A DNA stretch of 31,765 nucleotides from a virus (taxonomy: Duplodnaviria > Caudoviricetes). A program made the position numbers and the translations under genes. This document shows, one piece after another, positions 1-8,112 of the stretch; position 1 is the stretch's first letter; the number at the start of each line of letters is the position of its first letter. The notes below the pieces were generated by a model. It worked only from the letters and a program-made list of their open reading frames with translations, ran no database searches and was not told the DNA's origin. The stretch lies in the IMG/VR virus record IMGVR_UViG_3300042196_000013, positions 1-31,765 of that record; one strand, written 5' to 3'.

Positions 1-1
1 T

Positions 2-805
2 AGTGGAGGCAGAACGAGCGGCTACATGTTGAGGCGTACGTATGACGCTAATAAACCTGAAGATTTGAGGCGCTGGCTGATTACCTGCTTTGCCAATACC
101 GGCAAAGAAGAAGAGGCGACATTGCGCTTCGTGCGTGACTGCGGCGAGCGATGGAACGTGCCGATTGTGTGGGTTGAATATCGTGCGGACGGACCTGGGT
201 TTGCGATTGTTAATTACGCCACGGCCAGCCGCGGCGGAGAGCCGTTCGAGGCGGCAATACGGAAACGTAGCTATCTACCGAACCCGGTAACGAGGTTTTG
301 CACTGTAGAACTGAAAATCCGCACGATGCACAAGTACCTGCGATCTTTGGGGTGGGGTGAGGGAGACGGGTGGAATCAGTTTGTAGGGATACGTGCCGAC
401 GAACAAAGGCGGGTAGCAAAAATCCGTGCCAGGCCAAGCCCGGAAACCGTGAAGGAAACGATGTGCCTTCCTCTGGATGATGATGGGGTGACGGTTGACA
501 CGATTGAGCAGTTTTGGGATGCGCAACCTTTCGGCCTTGAACTTCCGACCTACAAGGGGCGCACTCTCTCCGGCAATTGTGACCTGTGCTTCTTGAAAGG
601 TGGCAACCAGATAGCCAGCTTGATCGCAGAGAAACCAGAGCGTGCTGTTTGGTGGGCAAGAATGGAAGCCCTAGCCCTAGCCAGCAAGCCAAGCGGAGCG
701 AGGTTCCGCAGCGATCGCCCAAGTTATCAGCAGATGATGAATTTTGCAGCCGATCAGATGCCGCTGTTTGCTGATGAATCCATTGAATGCTTTTGCGGAG
801 ACTAA
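2..805 (+). CDS. PAPS reductase/PP-loop family protein (5' partial; starts upstream of the window)
   Basis: Frame is open from nt 2 and reads SGGRTSGYML (PP-loop SGG motif), then FANTGKE, RFCTVELK, GIRADE and GNCDLCFLK, typical of phage PAPS-reductase-like proteins. Confidence 0.8.
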   Translation, partial: SGGRTSGYMLRRTYDANKPEDLRRWLITCFANTGKEEEATLRFVRDCGERWNVPIVWVEYRADGPGFAIVNYATASRGGEPFEAAIRKRSYLPNPVTRFCTVELKIRTMHKYLRSLGWGEGDGWNQFVGIRADEQRRVAKIRARPSPETVKETMCLPLDDDGVTVDTIEQFWDAQPFGLELPTYKGRTLSGNCDLCFLKGGNQIASLIAEKPERAVWWARMEALALASKPSGARFRSDRPSYQQMMNFAADQMPLFADESIECFCGD

Positions 806-808
806 CCC

Positions 809-1015
809 ATGATCAACATGACCGATGCAGAAATGAAAGCCCACTCTCTCGGCTGGCATGCCGGCTACCGTGCCGCGCTGGAAGAGCATCGCCATCATGA
901 GTTGCTGGAGGCTGCACAGGAAGTGTTAGAGGCTGATCCTACAAATCTACTTGCGGGCATGAAAGATTTGCGCGATGCGGTGAACAAGTCCATCAACTGG
1001 AGCAACCCGGAATGA
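809..1015 (+). CDS. hypothetical phage protein
   Basis: 68 aa ORF tightly packed in the operon with GGAG upstream. Confidence 0.6.
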   Translation: MINMTDAEMKAHSLGWHAGYRAALEEHRHHELLEAAQEVLEADPTNLLAGMKDLRDAVNKSINWSNPE

Positions 1016-1191
1016 CCGCCCTCCCCTCCCGCTTTGCCCATCCCGGCAGCAAGCGCGAACATGAGCTGATTCAGGTCTACGGCGCAATGGACAAGGAGCG
1101 CGCTGCTATGTATGTGCGGGTCATGGCGTATCTCGTGGATGTTGGATTTATCAAGACCAAGCCTGCGCTGAAGTCGGTACGAAGATCATGA
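1012..1191 (+). CDS. hypothetical protein, 59 aa (MTALPSRFAHPGSKREHELIQ...), not in ORF track
   Basis: Translated by hand; ATGA overlaps with both the upstream and downstream genes. Confidence 0.6.
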   Translation: MTALPSRFAHPGSKREHELIQVYGAMDKERAAMYVRVMAYLVDVGFIKTKPALKSVRRS

Positions 1192-1871
1192 GCCGCATGG
1201 CCGAACTGGATATGGAGCAATGCGACGAGCGCCAGCAGCAGGAGGCTGAAGAGTGCGAGTTATACCATTACGAACAGGAGCGAAAAATGAACAAGATAGC
1301 AGCGGCATTGGTGAGGGCGCAGAAGGCGTTTGCCCCTGCGCTCAAGACCAACACGAACCCCGCATTCAAGAGCAAGTATGTGGGCCTCGATGGATGTGTT
1401 GAGGCAGTGATTGATGCGCTGAACGACAACGGCATCATGCTCATGCAGCAAACCAGCGAATGCGACAACGGCGTGATCGTTGAGACCGTGTTTATTCATG
1501 AGTCAGGGGAAACCATGCCCTGCGGCAAATTGCACGTTCCGGCGGCCAAGCATGATGCACAGGGCTACGGCTCGGCATTGACCTATGCGCGTAGATACTC
1601 GCTCATGGCCGCATGCGGGATTGCTCCGGAAGATGATGACGGCAATGCCGCAAGCAAGCCAGCGAAGCGCGCAGAGCCTGAACAGAACGAAGTAGACGCT
1701 GCATGGGTGAAGAAACTCAAGGATAGCGTGAAAGGTGGTTCAAAGGCTTTGCACGAAATGCACGGCAAGGTGCCAAAAGACATTCTCTCCGCTATCTGGA
1801 AACCGCCGCTTTCTGACAACCTGAAAGCGTCTGCTGCCGAATGGGACACTGCGATTGCGAATCAAGCATGA
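1188..1871 (+). CDS. erf: ERF-family single-strand DNA annealing protein (alternative start 1287)
   Basis: IAAALVRAQ...NPAFKSKY...QGYGSALTYARRYSL...EDDDGNAA are ERF motifs; AGGAG precedes ATG 1287. Confidence 0.85.
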   Translation: MSRMAELDMEQCDERQQQEAEECELYHYEQERKMNKIAAALVRAQKAFAPALKTNTNPAFKSKYVGLDGCVEAVIDALNDNGIMLMQQTSECDNGVIVETVFIHESGETMPCGKLHVPAAKHDAQGYGSALTYARRYSLMAACGIAPEDDDGNAASKPAKRAEPEQNEVDAAWVKKLKDSVKGGSKALHEMHGKVPKDILSAIWKPPLSDNLKASAAEWDTAIANQA

Positions 1872-2494
1872 ACATGATCGACATACCGCAAGGCTCACAG
1901 GAATGGCTGATGCTTCGCGCCGGTAAGGTAACGGCTTCCCGCGTTTCCGATGTGATCGCCAAAACCAAATCAGGATACTCGGCCAGCCGTGCCAATTACA
2001 TGGCGCAGTTGGTCGCGGAAATCCTGACCGGCCAGCCGCAGGAAAGCTACACCAACGCCGCCATGCAGTGGGGAACCGAAACCGAGCCATTGGCGAGGAG
2101 TGCATACGAAGCCCACAAAGGCGTTTTTGTAGCACAGACAGGCTTTGTGCTGCACCCGAAGATAGAAGGCGCTGGCGCTTCTCCTGACGGCCTTGTTGAT
2201 AACGGTTTGATCGAAATCAAATGCCCGAACACGGCAACGCACATTGATTACCTGCTGGCTGGCGATCCCCCTTCAAAGTACCAGCCGCAAATGGCATGGC
2301 AATGTGCATGCACCGGACGCGAGTGGGTGGATTTCGTCAGCTTTGACCCGCGAATGCCTGATGACTTGCGGATGCTGGTTGTTCGCTACGAACCAGAACC
2401 GACCTACATCAAGCAACTGGAAGAAGAAGTCTCCGCGTTTATTGCTGAAGTGCATGACACGGTATCCCGTCTTAAAAATCTGAGGAATAAATAA
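1868..2494 (+). CDS. YqaJ-like/lambda exonuclease family protein
   Basis: QGSQEWLMLRAGKVTAS, AMQWGTETEPLAR, GASPDGLV, IEIKCP and YQPQMAWQ motifs; ATGA overlap with erf at 1868. Confidence 0.9.
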   Translation: MNMIDIPQGSQEWLMLRAGKVTASRVSDVIAKTKSGYSASRANYMAQLVAEILTGQPQESYTNAAMQWGTETEPLARSAYEAHKGVFVAQTGFVLHPKIEGAGASPDGLVDNGLIEIKCPNTATHIDYLLAGDPPSKYQPQMAWQCACTGREWVDFVSFDPRMPDDLRMLVVRYEPEPTYIKQLEEEVSAFIAEVHDTVSRLKNLRNK

Positions 2495-2902
2495 ATGAAC
2501 TCACTCAACTTTACCGGCAACCTGGGCCGCGACTGTGAAACGCGCTTCACGCCTGGTGGCGATGCCATCACCTCGTTTTCGGTTGCGCTGACTTCCGGCT
2601 ATGGCGAGAAAAAGATTACCTCATGGATGAACTGCTCGATCTGGGGCAAGCGTGGCGAATCGGTTGCGCCGTACCTCAAGAAAGGCACGCAGGTCGCCAT
2701 CAGCGGAGAACTGGCGTTGCGGCCATACACGAACAAGGACGGCATCGAGAAAGTGTCTCCTGACGTGCGCGTAAACGATCTGACGCTGATCGGTGGTCGT
2801 TCCACGGAATCGGCCCATGCACCCAGCGAACCGAAGCAGAAACAGAATGAACAGAATGGCTCTGGTTTTGATGATTTCGAGAGCGACATACCTTTTAATT
2901 AG
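2495..2902 (+). CDS. ssb: single-stranded DNA-binding protein
   Basis: GNLGRD, YLKKGTQV and acidic C-terminal tail ending DIPF(N). Confidence 0.95.
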   Translation: MNSLNFTGNLGRDCETRFTPGGDAITSFSVALTSGYGEKKITSWMNCSIWGKRGESVAPYLKKGTQVAISGELALRPYTNKDGIEKVSPDVRVNDLTLIGGRSTESAHAPSEPKQKQNEQNGSGFDDFESDIPFN

Positions 2903-2943
2903 AATTGTGCAATAATGGGCATACTTAAGCACGAGGTAATGCC

Positions 2944-3387
2944 ATGCATGATTCTAAAGTTTGTTTTAAGTGCGAAGCCGAGAAGCCATTGTCTGAGTTT
3001 TATAAACATCAGGCTATGGCTGACGGGCATCTGAATAAATGCATTTCATGCACAAAGAAAGACGTGCATGAGCATAGAGAAAATAATCTAGATAAGATCA
3101 GAGAGTATGACCGGACGCGAGCAAAGCATCCCGAAAGGGCCGCTGCCGCGAGTAGGATTAGTACAAGGTGGAGGATGGAAGATAAGCGCAGGACAAGGTG
3201 CCATAACGCCGTGTCCCGAGCTGTACGGTCTGGAGCTATCGAAGTTAAACCATGCATTATCTGCGGCAACGGTAGATCGTACGCTCACCATGAAAGCTAT
3301 GACAGGCCGTTGGATGTGGTTTTCTATTGCCAGGTTCACCACAAAGAAAGGCATAAGCAGATGGCTATTGAAGGTATAGAGCCCTGA
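2944..3387 (+). CDS. zinc-finger/HNH-like endonuclease
   Basis: CxxC...KPLSEFYK...CxxC N-terminus and CxxCG...AHHESYDRPLDVVFYCQVHH C-terminus; more AT-rich than neighbours. Confidence 0.6.
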   Translation: MHDSKVCFKCEAEKPLSEFYKHQAMADGHLNKCISCTKKDVHEHRENNLDKIREYDRTRAKHPERAAAASRISTRWRMEDKRRTRCHNAVSRAVRSGAIEVKPCIICGNGRSYAHHESYDRPLDVVFYCQVHHKERHKQMAIEGIEP

Positions 3388-3484
3388 TTTCCCCCACCCA
3401 TCCCCACCCCTAACGGCAATCTGCCGGAAACTATGGAGAGCTAGGTGGCGAAAATGAACCGGGGATGGGTGGACCTAACAAGGA

Positions 3485-3703
3485 GTGATGATGAACCATG
3501 AGCAAAAAACGAATAGAAGCACTCACGGATGCTGCGCAGACAAGGCATGCACCGACGCAACATGCATGGAACTTGCGAACGGCAAGACCTGCGGTGATTG
3601 CGTGCATGAGCGCAGATGTGTGCTGATGTTCGGGCACACGCCAACGGACACATATTGCGACTGGTTCCCGCGCCGTTTCCGCGAGAATGCGCCAGCCCTG
3701 TAA
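3485..3703 (+). CDS. Cys-rich hypothetical protein
   Basis: 72 aa with 8 Cys (e.g. KTCGDCVHERRC...YCDWFP); AAGGAG RBS upstream. Confidence 0.65.
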   Translation: MMMNHEQKTNRSTHGCCADKACTDATCMELANGKTCGDCVHERRCVLMFGHTPTDTYCDWFPRRFRENAPAL

Positions 3704-3723
3704 CTACACCTATGGAGGATGTA

Positions 3724-3951
3724 ATGAGCGAATGGCAAGCAATAGAGACAGCGCCGAAGGATGGGACATGGGTGCTAGTTGTAATAGCTGGATATGTGCC
3801 GAGCGTAGCCCATTGGGACGCGGATCACGCAGATTGGTTAACCGGCTTGCCGGAAGATGTTAGCGATGAAATGTGGCAAGAATTCATCGAACCAGAATAC
3901 AAGCCTACCCACTGGATGCCATTACCTGAAGCCCCAAGGGCCGGAGACTAA
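3724..3951 (+). CDS. DUF551-family phage protein
   Basis: WQAIETAPKDGT ... PTHWMPLPEAP signature; GGAGG RBS before ATG 3724. Confidence 0.8.
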   Translation: MSEWQAIETAPKDGTWVLVVIAGYVPSVAHWDADHADWLTGLPEDVSDEMWQEFIEPEYKPTHWMPLPEAPRAGD

Positions 3952-3954
3952 CCA

Positions 3955-4491
3955 ATGAGCGAACAGAGAGAAGCGTTAAAGGAAGCTATCGCGTTGCGCG
4001 TTGCGCTATGGCGTAACGGGTGCGACCCCGAGGAAGATGACATGCTCTCCGACGATCAGATTATCCAACAGGATGTTTACGCTAGGAAATGGCAGGCCGC
4101 CATAGCCTCCAAGCCAGAAGCGCAGCCGGTGGCAGAGGTGTTGATGCACGAATGCGAAAAGATCATCGACGCAAGTATGTCGTTCATGGACTCTGCCGCC
4201 ATCGGGACTGAACTCTACACCGCATCTCCCACTGTCCAAGCCGCCGTAGCGATAGCGTACAAGCTGGCTGCCAAGACGCTGCTAAACGGTAGCTTCGTGC
4301 ATGATGAAGCTCCTGATGCTCGGTTAGCTAAGGCGGCAGCGGAAGTAATCCTCGCCCTCACGCCAGCCGACGCCGAGAAGGCGCTGGAAGAACAGTACAT
4401 GAAGGTGGCTATAGCGACGTGGTATGCGTCGCCTAGTGACAACCCGGAAGATGCTTGCCGCGCCATTGTCCAGCGCGTGATAGGAGAGTGA
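3955..4491 (+). CDS. hypothetical phage early protein
   Basis: 178 aa, packed in operon; contains QPVA...GTELYTA segment common in phage Ea-type proteins. Confidence 0.65.
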   Translation: MSEQREALKEAIALRVALWRNGCDPEEDDMLSDDQIIQQDVYARKWQAAIASKPEAQPVAEVLMHECEKIIDASMSFMDSAAIGTELYTASPTVQAAVAIAYKLAAKTLLNGSFVHDEAPDARLAKAAAEVILALTPADAEKALEEQYMKVAIATWYASPSDNPEDACRAIVQRVIGE

Positions 4492-5018
4492 TGATGAAGC
4501 CAGATGGTGTGATTGATTTCGGCCAGTTTGCTACAACCGATGACGGAGGAAGGTTTATGTCGAGGGGCGAACTCGCCACCCTGCGCCAGCAAAACGCCCT
4601 GCTCACGCTGGAAGTGCAAAGGCTGCGGGAGGCGTTGGAGAAGGTCAAGGAGCACGCCGAGTTTGAATCTGACGCCTCGCCGCTTGAGTACGTAGAGCAC
4701 GCCGCTGTCCGCAAAGGCCAGCTCATATCCATCGAAGAAATCGTTGCAGAAGCGATTCATCCTCTCGACACCAGCGCCCTTGATAAGTATGTGGCTGAGA
4801 AGGTGGAGCCGTGGAAGAAGGACGCGGAGCGGCTGGACTTCGTGCTCGAATTCAATGCGTTTATCGAGTGGAGCACCACTGATGCTCAGATTAAGGTGTG
4901 CCAGTTGGTAACTCAGGACGAGGACGAAAACTACGTGAGACTACATGCGCACACACGGTTTTTCGCAGATACGCGCCAAGCCATTGACGCCGCCATCGCC
5001 GCACAGGAGGGGAAATAA
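4491..5018 (+). CDS. hypothetical phage early protein (coiled coil; DAERLDF...RQAIDAAIA C-terminus)
   Basis: AGGAG RBS at 4482; the C-terminal motif is frequent in phage early-region proteins. Confidence 0.65.
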   Translation: MMKPDGVIDFGQFATTDDGGRFMSRGELATLRQQNALLTLEVQRLREALEKVKEHAEFESDASPLEYVEHAAVRKGQLISIEEIVAEAIHPLDTSALDKYVAEKVEPWKKDAERLDFVLEFNAFIEWSTTDAQIKVCQLVTQDEDENYVRLHAHTRFFADTRQAIDAAIAAQEGK

Positions 5019-5260
5019 TGCCTACTGCATACTGGAACAAGAACGGAAATCAGGCGCTGACCGCTGGCGAGATTGCCGCGCACAAGCTCGATATGACAAA
5101 AATGGAGCCGCTGTACAAACGCGAAGTTCTCGTTGCCGTAGCTCACCAGATGGCGGTCGCCATGTCCGGGCAATTGTCTAACGGCGTCACCGTTGCTTAC
5201 AACTACGATGTAATCGTAGACGAGGCCATCGCCAACGTAGAGGGGAGCGAACATGAGTAA
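5018..5260 (+). CDS. hypothetical protein
   Basis: 80 aa, TAATG overlap, GGAGG RBS. Confidence 0.6.
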   Translation: MPTAYWNKNGNQALTAGEIAAHKLDMTKMEPLYKREVLVAVAHQMAVAMSGQLSNGVTVAYNYDVIVDEAIANVEGSEHE

Positions 5261-5427
5261 CGAAACAGGAGCGTTTATCCGTACCGTAGTGGACGGGGTT
5301 GAGGTTTTGTCAGAAGCAAAAGAAGGCGAAAACATCTTCCTAGTTGAGCCGTTTTATTGCGAGAAACACAAGTTGCATAGCTACATAGCTGCGGAATGTC
5401 CGCTTTGCGTAGAGGGGAGCGAACATG
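5236..5427 (+). repeat. 20-bp perfect direct repeat CGTAGAGGGGAGCGAACATG at 5236-5255 and 5408-5427
   Basis: Read directly; each copy contains the RBS and ATG of the next gene. Confidence 0.9.
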
Positions 5428-5435
5428 GACGATAG
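5253..5435 (+). CDS. small hypothetical protein with CxxH...CPxC motif
   Basis: 60 aa, GGGGAG RBS, bounded by the direct repeat. Confidence 0.6.
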   Translation: MSNETGAFIRTVVDGVEVLSEAKEGENIFLVEPFYCEKHKLHSYIAAECPLCVEGSEHGR

Positions 5436-5754
5436 AGAACTGTTGGAGTACGCCGCTAAAGCCGTAGGCGGTCTGGTGTACATCCCGGAACATGGATGGA
5501 TACACGAGGACGCAAATGGGGATCGTGGCGCATGGTGGGATCCGCTGATAGATGACGGCGATGCTTTCCAGCTGGCGGTGAAACTGAGACTTCAAATTAC
5601 GCCAGGCACCTATAACAAGGATGAGTTCACGGCCTACTATGCCGGACGCGCCGAAGCCGGCGAGTGGTTGAGCGCACTACAAGATCAATACGCAGCCACT
5701 CGCCGTGCCATCGTTCGAGCTGCTGCGGCTATCGGCAAGGGTAACGAGGGATGA
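5425..5754 (+). CDS. conserved phage hypothetical protein
   Basis: DRELLEYAAKA...WDPLIDDGDAFQLAVKL...ATRRAIVRAAA pattern seen in proteobacterial phage proteins. Confidence 0.7.
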   Translation: MDDRELLEYAAKAVGGLVYIPEHGWIHEDANGDRGAWWDPLIDDGDAFQLAVKLRLQITPGTYNKDEFTAYYAGRAEAGEWLSALQDQYAATRRAIVRAAAAIGKGNEG

Positions 5755-5794
5755 GCTATGCCAGAAAAATCCACACAAGTTAATCACCCCTTAA

Positions 5795-6316
5795 CTATTT
5801 GCCTCGCTGCTTATTATACAGCTCCCTAATCTCTCTCACCTGCTCCCGGCATTGCTGCCACCTGGCGCCGTTGTCGATGTGGTTTTTGAGGATGTCGGCA
5901 TCGGTAACAGCAGCGGTTCCGGTGGGTCGGTCAGCAGGCTTTCCGGTATCTCCGGGCAGACGCTGCGCACCAGCAAGTGATTCATTCCACAGCCTGACAG
6001 CATCCCAATTAGCAAAACATACGCGGCCATCCGTAGCGCCTGCGACTTGTTTATCCAGTTCATCCTTGAGCCTCCTGATCTGTTTTTCCTTCTGGCTGAA
6101 TTGATTCACTGCCAGCCGGCCCATTTCCGCTAGCTTCTCCCGCTCCAAATCCTGCTGTGCAATGGCTTCCAGTTGCAACGAGAGCCATGATGCCCTCTCC
6201 ACCTTCTTGCCTTGAGAGAAAGACCAGATATTCGTGCCAATTCCTGCAACAAGGACAGCGGTTAGGAGTATCAGCCATTTGTAAGCCGTGAATTTGAGTT
6301 TCAGTAGCGCCCACAT
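5795..6316 (-). CDS. Rz: Rz-like inner-membrane spanin
   Basis: N-terminal TM helix then coiled coil; last gene of the lysis cassette; contains a nested lipoprotein ORF. Confidence 0.75.
   Translation of the reverse strand: MWALLKLKFTAYKWLILLTAVLVAGIGTNIWSFSQGKKVERASWLSLQLEAIAQQDLEREKLAEMGRLAVNQFSQKEKQIRRLKDELDKQVAGATDGRVCFANWDAVRLWNESLAGAQRLPGDTGKPADRPTGTAAVTDADILKNHIDNGARWQQCREQVREIRELYNKQRGK
5836..6063 (-). CDS. Rz1: Rz1-like outer-membrane spanin lipoprotein (embedded in Rz)
   Basis: Signal peptide with lipobox LSGC followed by Pro-rich CPEIPESLLTDPPEP; different frame, fully inside Rz. Confidence 0.75.
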   Translation of the reverse strand: MNWINKSQALRMAAYVLLIGMLSGCGMNHLLVRSVCPEIPESLLTDPPEPLLLPMPTSSKTTSTTAPGGSNAGSR

Positions 6317-6325
6317 TGTTCAGCC

Positions 6326-6514
6326 TCAAGTTTCCCGGCGACGGTGCCGGCCTTCTTTTTTGACATACGGGACTTCAACGATCAGCGTGCCAGTAGTGTC
6401 GGGCGGGACTCGCGCCTCGTCATGCAGGAACCGACAGCCGGAGCCTTCGCACTCAGATACCAGGCAATCATCCCGGCATTCTTCCGGGCGCTCCTGGTAG
6501 GGCGTGGTGGTCAT
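6326..6514 (-). CDS. small Cys-containing hypothetical protein
   Basis: ATG at 6514 overlaps the stop of the 33-aa ORF (ATGA). Confidence 0.5.
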   Translation of the reverse strand: MTTTPYQERPEECRDDCLVSECEGSGCRFLHDEARVPPDTTGTLIVEVPYVKKEGRHRRRET

Positions 6515-6612
6515 CCAAAGGACCACAGCCATGCGTTGAATGCCAGCGCGCCAGCCGCGACGACGGCAAGGATGGCAATGAACGTGATAAACAGTCCTTC
6601 GTTCTCGCTCAT
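6511..6612 (-). CDS. 33-aa single-TM peptide MSENEGLFITFIAILAVVAAGALAFNAWLWSFG (not in ORF track)
   Basis: ATGA overlap with the endolysin stop and with the next gene; one hydrophobic helix. Confidence 0.6.
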   Translation of the reverse strand: MSENEGLFITFIAILAVVAAGALAFNAWLWSFG

Positions 6613-7130
6613 GACAGCCCCATGCATCTGTCGCGTCGTTTTAGATTGCGCTGCCATACGCCCCAGCAACGCTTGTTAGGCTTGCCGTTGATGAGCGTTG
6701 AGCAGTCATAACCTCCGCTGCGTTTGTACAGCGTGTAGGCTTGGCAGGATTGATCGTAGCGGCCTGCGTTGATATGCCGGACCATTGAGCTGTCGCATGT
6801 TGCTTCAACGCCATATTGATACGCGAAGTCCACGAGTACGTCATACTCAACCTGCGCGAGTTCGCCAGTCACGCAACGCTTTAGACCGGCTTCGTCCTTG
6901 GCAATGTGCGCGGCTGATCGCTTGATGGCTTGTGGCGGGGTGATAGTGTCGCCCATCTTGACCGGGCTGCCGTCCTCGTTGAATGTGCTGCCCAGTCCGA
7001 CGGTAGGCACATCATTGATGGTTGGGATTACGGCACGCTCCGTATAGCTTTCATCCTCAATAATGACAAGATAGCCTCCAAGGCTCAGTGCCAGGCCGGC
7101 AATGGCAATGCGCGCTTGGCGGCTAATCAC
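6609..7130 (-). CDS. phage lysozyme (GH24-like), probable SAR endolysin
   Basis: Gly/Ala-rich weakly hydrophobic N-terminus (SAR-like), E...D VPTVGLGST, LVDFAYQYG, C-terminal CWGVWQRNLKRRDRC. Confidence 0.85.
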   Translation of the reverse strand: MISRQARIAIAGLALSLGGYLVIIEDESYTERAVIPTINDVPTVGLGSTFNEDGSPVKMGDTITPPQAIKRSAAHIAKDEAGLKRCVTGELAQVEYDVLVDFAYQYGVEATCDSSMVRHINAGRYDQSCQAYTLYKRSGGYDCSTLINGKPNKRCWGVWQRNLKRRDRCMGLS

Positions 7131-7372
7131 TTGCCTGCTGGCCGTTTATCCAGCCCCTTTTCTGCTAGCATTGCCATTACGTCATCCACATGCAAGCAGT
7201 CACACACGCATGCACCTGCCGCAATTTGCTGCACAGGCGCGATACTGCCGTTGCAGTAATCATTGCCCGGGATCGCGTTGTACAGTACGCCCAGCGCGTT
7301 GATCTTTCCGTCAAAACCGATCTGAAGGATAACGTCGCCATTATTTGCCTCGCGGCCATTTCTGTAGTGCAT
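7127..7372 (-). CDS. hypothetical protein in lysis cassette
   Basis: 81 aa, AGGAG RBS, GTGA overlap with the endolysin start. Confidence 0.7.
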   Translation of the reverse strand: MHYRNGREANNGDVILQIGFDGKINALGVLYNAIPGNDYCNGSIAPVQQIAAGACVCDCLHVDDVMAMLAEKGLDKRPAGK

Positions 7373-7425
7373 GTCGATCTCCTGTTATTCCGGCCTTACT
7401 AGCGGGCGGCCAGATAGCCCGTAAC

Positions 7426-7629
7426 TCAAAAATCCTTCTGTGCCACCAGCCGCGCAATCATCCCGCCCGTCACGGATAGCAGCGTCAGCATCGCAAACAG
7501 TCCTCGCGGGATGGCGTCCATGAATAGCGGCAGGATGGCCTCGGCGGTGGTGAACACGCTTGCGAGCAGCATGAGCCTAAAACTCCATGCTTTGCGCACG
7601 ATGCGCTGCCAATCACTGGCGCGTTGCAT
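7426..7629 (-). CDS. putative holin (two TM segments)
   Basis: WQRIVRKAWSFRL...ARLVAQ pattern, two hydrophobic segments, upstream of the endolysin. Confidence 0.65.
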   Translation of the reverse strand: MQRASDWQRIVRKAWSFRLMLLASVFTTAEAILPLFMDAIPRGLFAMLTLLSVTGGMIARLVAQKDF

Positions 7630-7825
7630 GGTCGCTCATTTGTGATAACGCAAAGCCGACCCAATCCCGTTCGTCTTTCGGCTCCGGCTGATGGCTTGGG
7701 ATGTCCTCCCAATTGGATACAACCGGCTCCTCCGGGCATTTGCAAATCTCGCCGTCATGGGGACAGTAGGAAACATGGCAGACAGGGCAGGTGGTGATGT
7801 CTCTGGTAATGTCGTGTTTGCTCAT
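7613..7825 (-). CDS. Cys/His-rich hypothetical protein
   Basis: ATG 7825 overlaps the upstream stop (ATGA); CPVCH..YCPHD..CKC. Confidence 0.55.
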   Translation of the reverse strand: MSKHDITRDITTCPVCHVSYCPHDGEICKCPEEPVVSNWEDIPSHQPEPKDERDWVGFALSQMSDHATRQ

Positions 7826-8091
7826 CCCCGGCCTCCGAAGTAGTCGCGCGCCATGGCCCAGATAAACGCGAGCGCCACGGCCATGCCGGATAGCCACTTG
7901 AGGAATGTGCCGACCCCGTTGGCCGTGTTCCACGCCTGCAACAGGTCAGCAATCGAATCACTCAAATGTTTGATAGATACGCGGATTTCTCGTCGCTCCC
8001 GATTGTCGATTTCGATATGCTCGCGTAGTTGCGTTTCCAGCCGCGCAATGTGCTGGTCTGATTCACGCCGGTCCTGCACTTCCTCGCTCAT
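7822..8091 (-). CDS. coiled-coil protein with C-terminal TM helix (holin/antiholin-like)
   Basis: Charged coiled coil plus FLKWLSGMAVALAFIWAM TM segment; first gene of the lysis block. Confidence 0.6.
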   Translation of the reverse strand: MSEEVQDRRESDQHIARLETQLREHIEIDNRERREIRVSIKHLSDSIADLLQAWNTANGVGTFLKWLSGMAVALAFIWAMARDYFGGRG

Positions 8092-8112
8092 CCCTGCCCC
8101 TTTTTTTTTAAA

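Noticed and set aside
8101-8109. T9 homopolymer as a phase-variation tract
   Set aside because: Intergenic A-rich leader upstream of an RBS on the minus strand; no frame affected.
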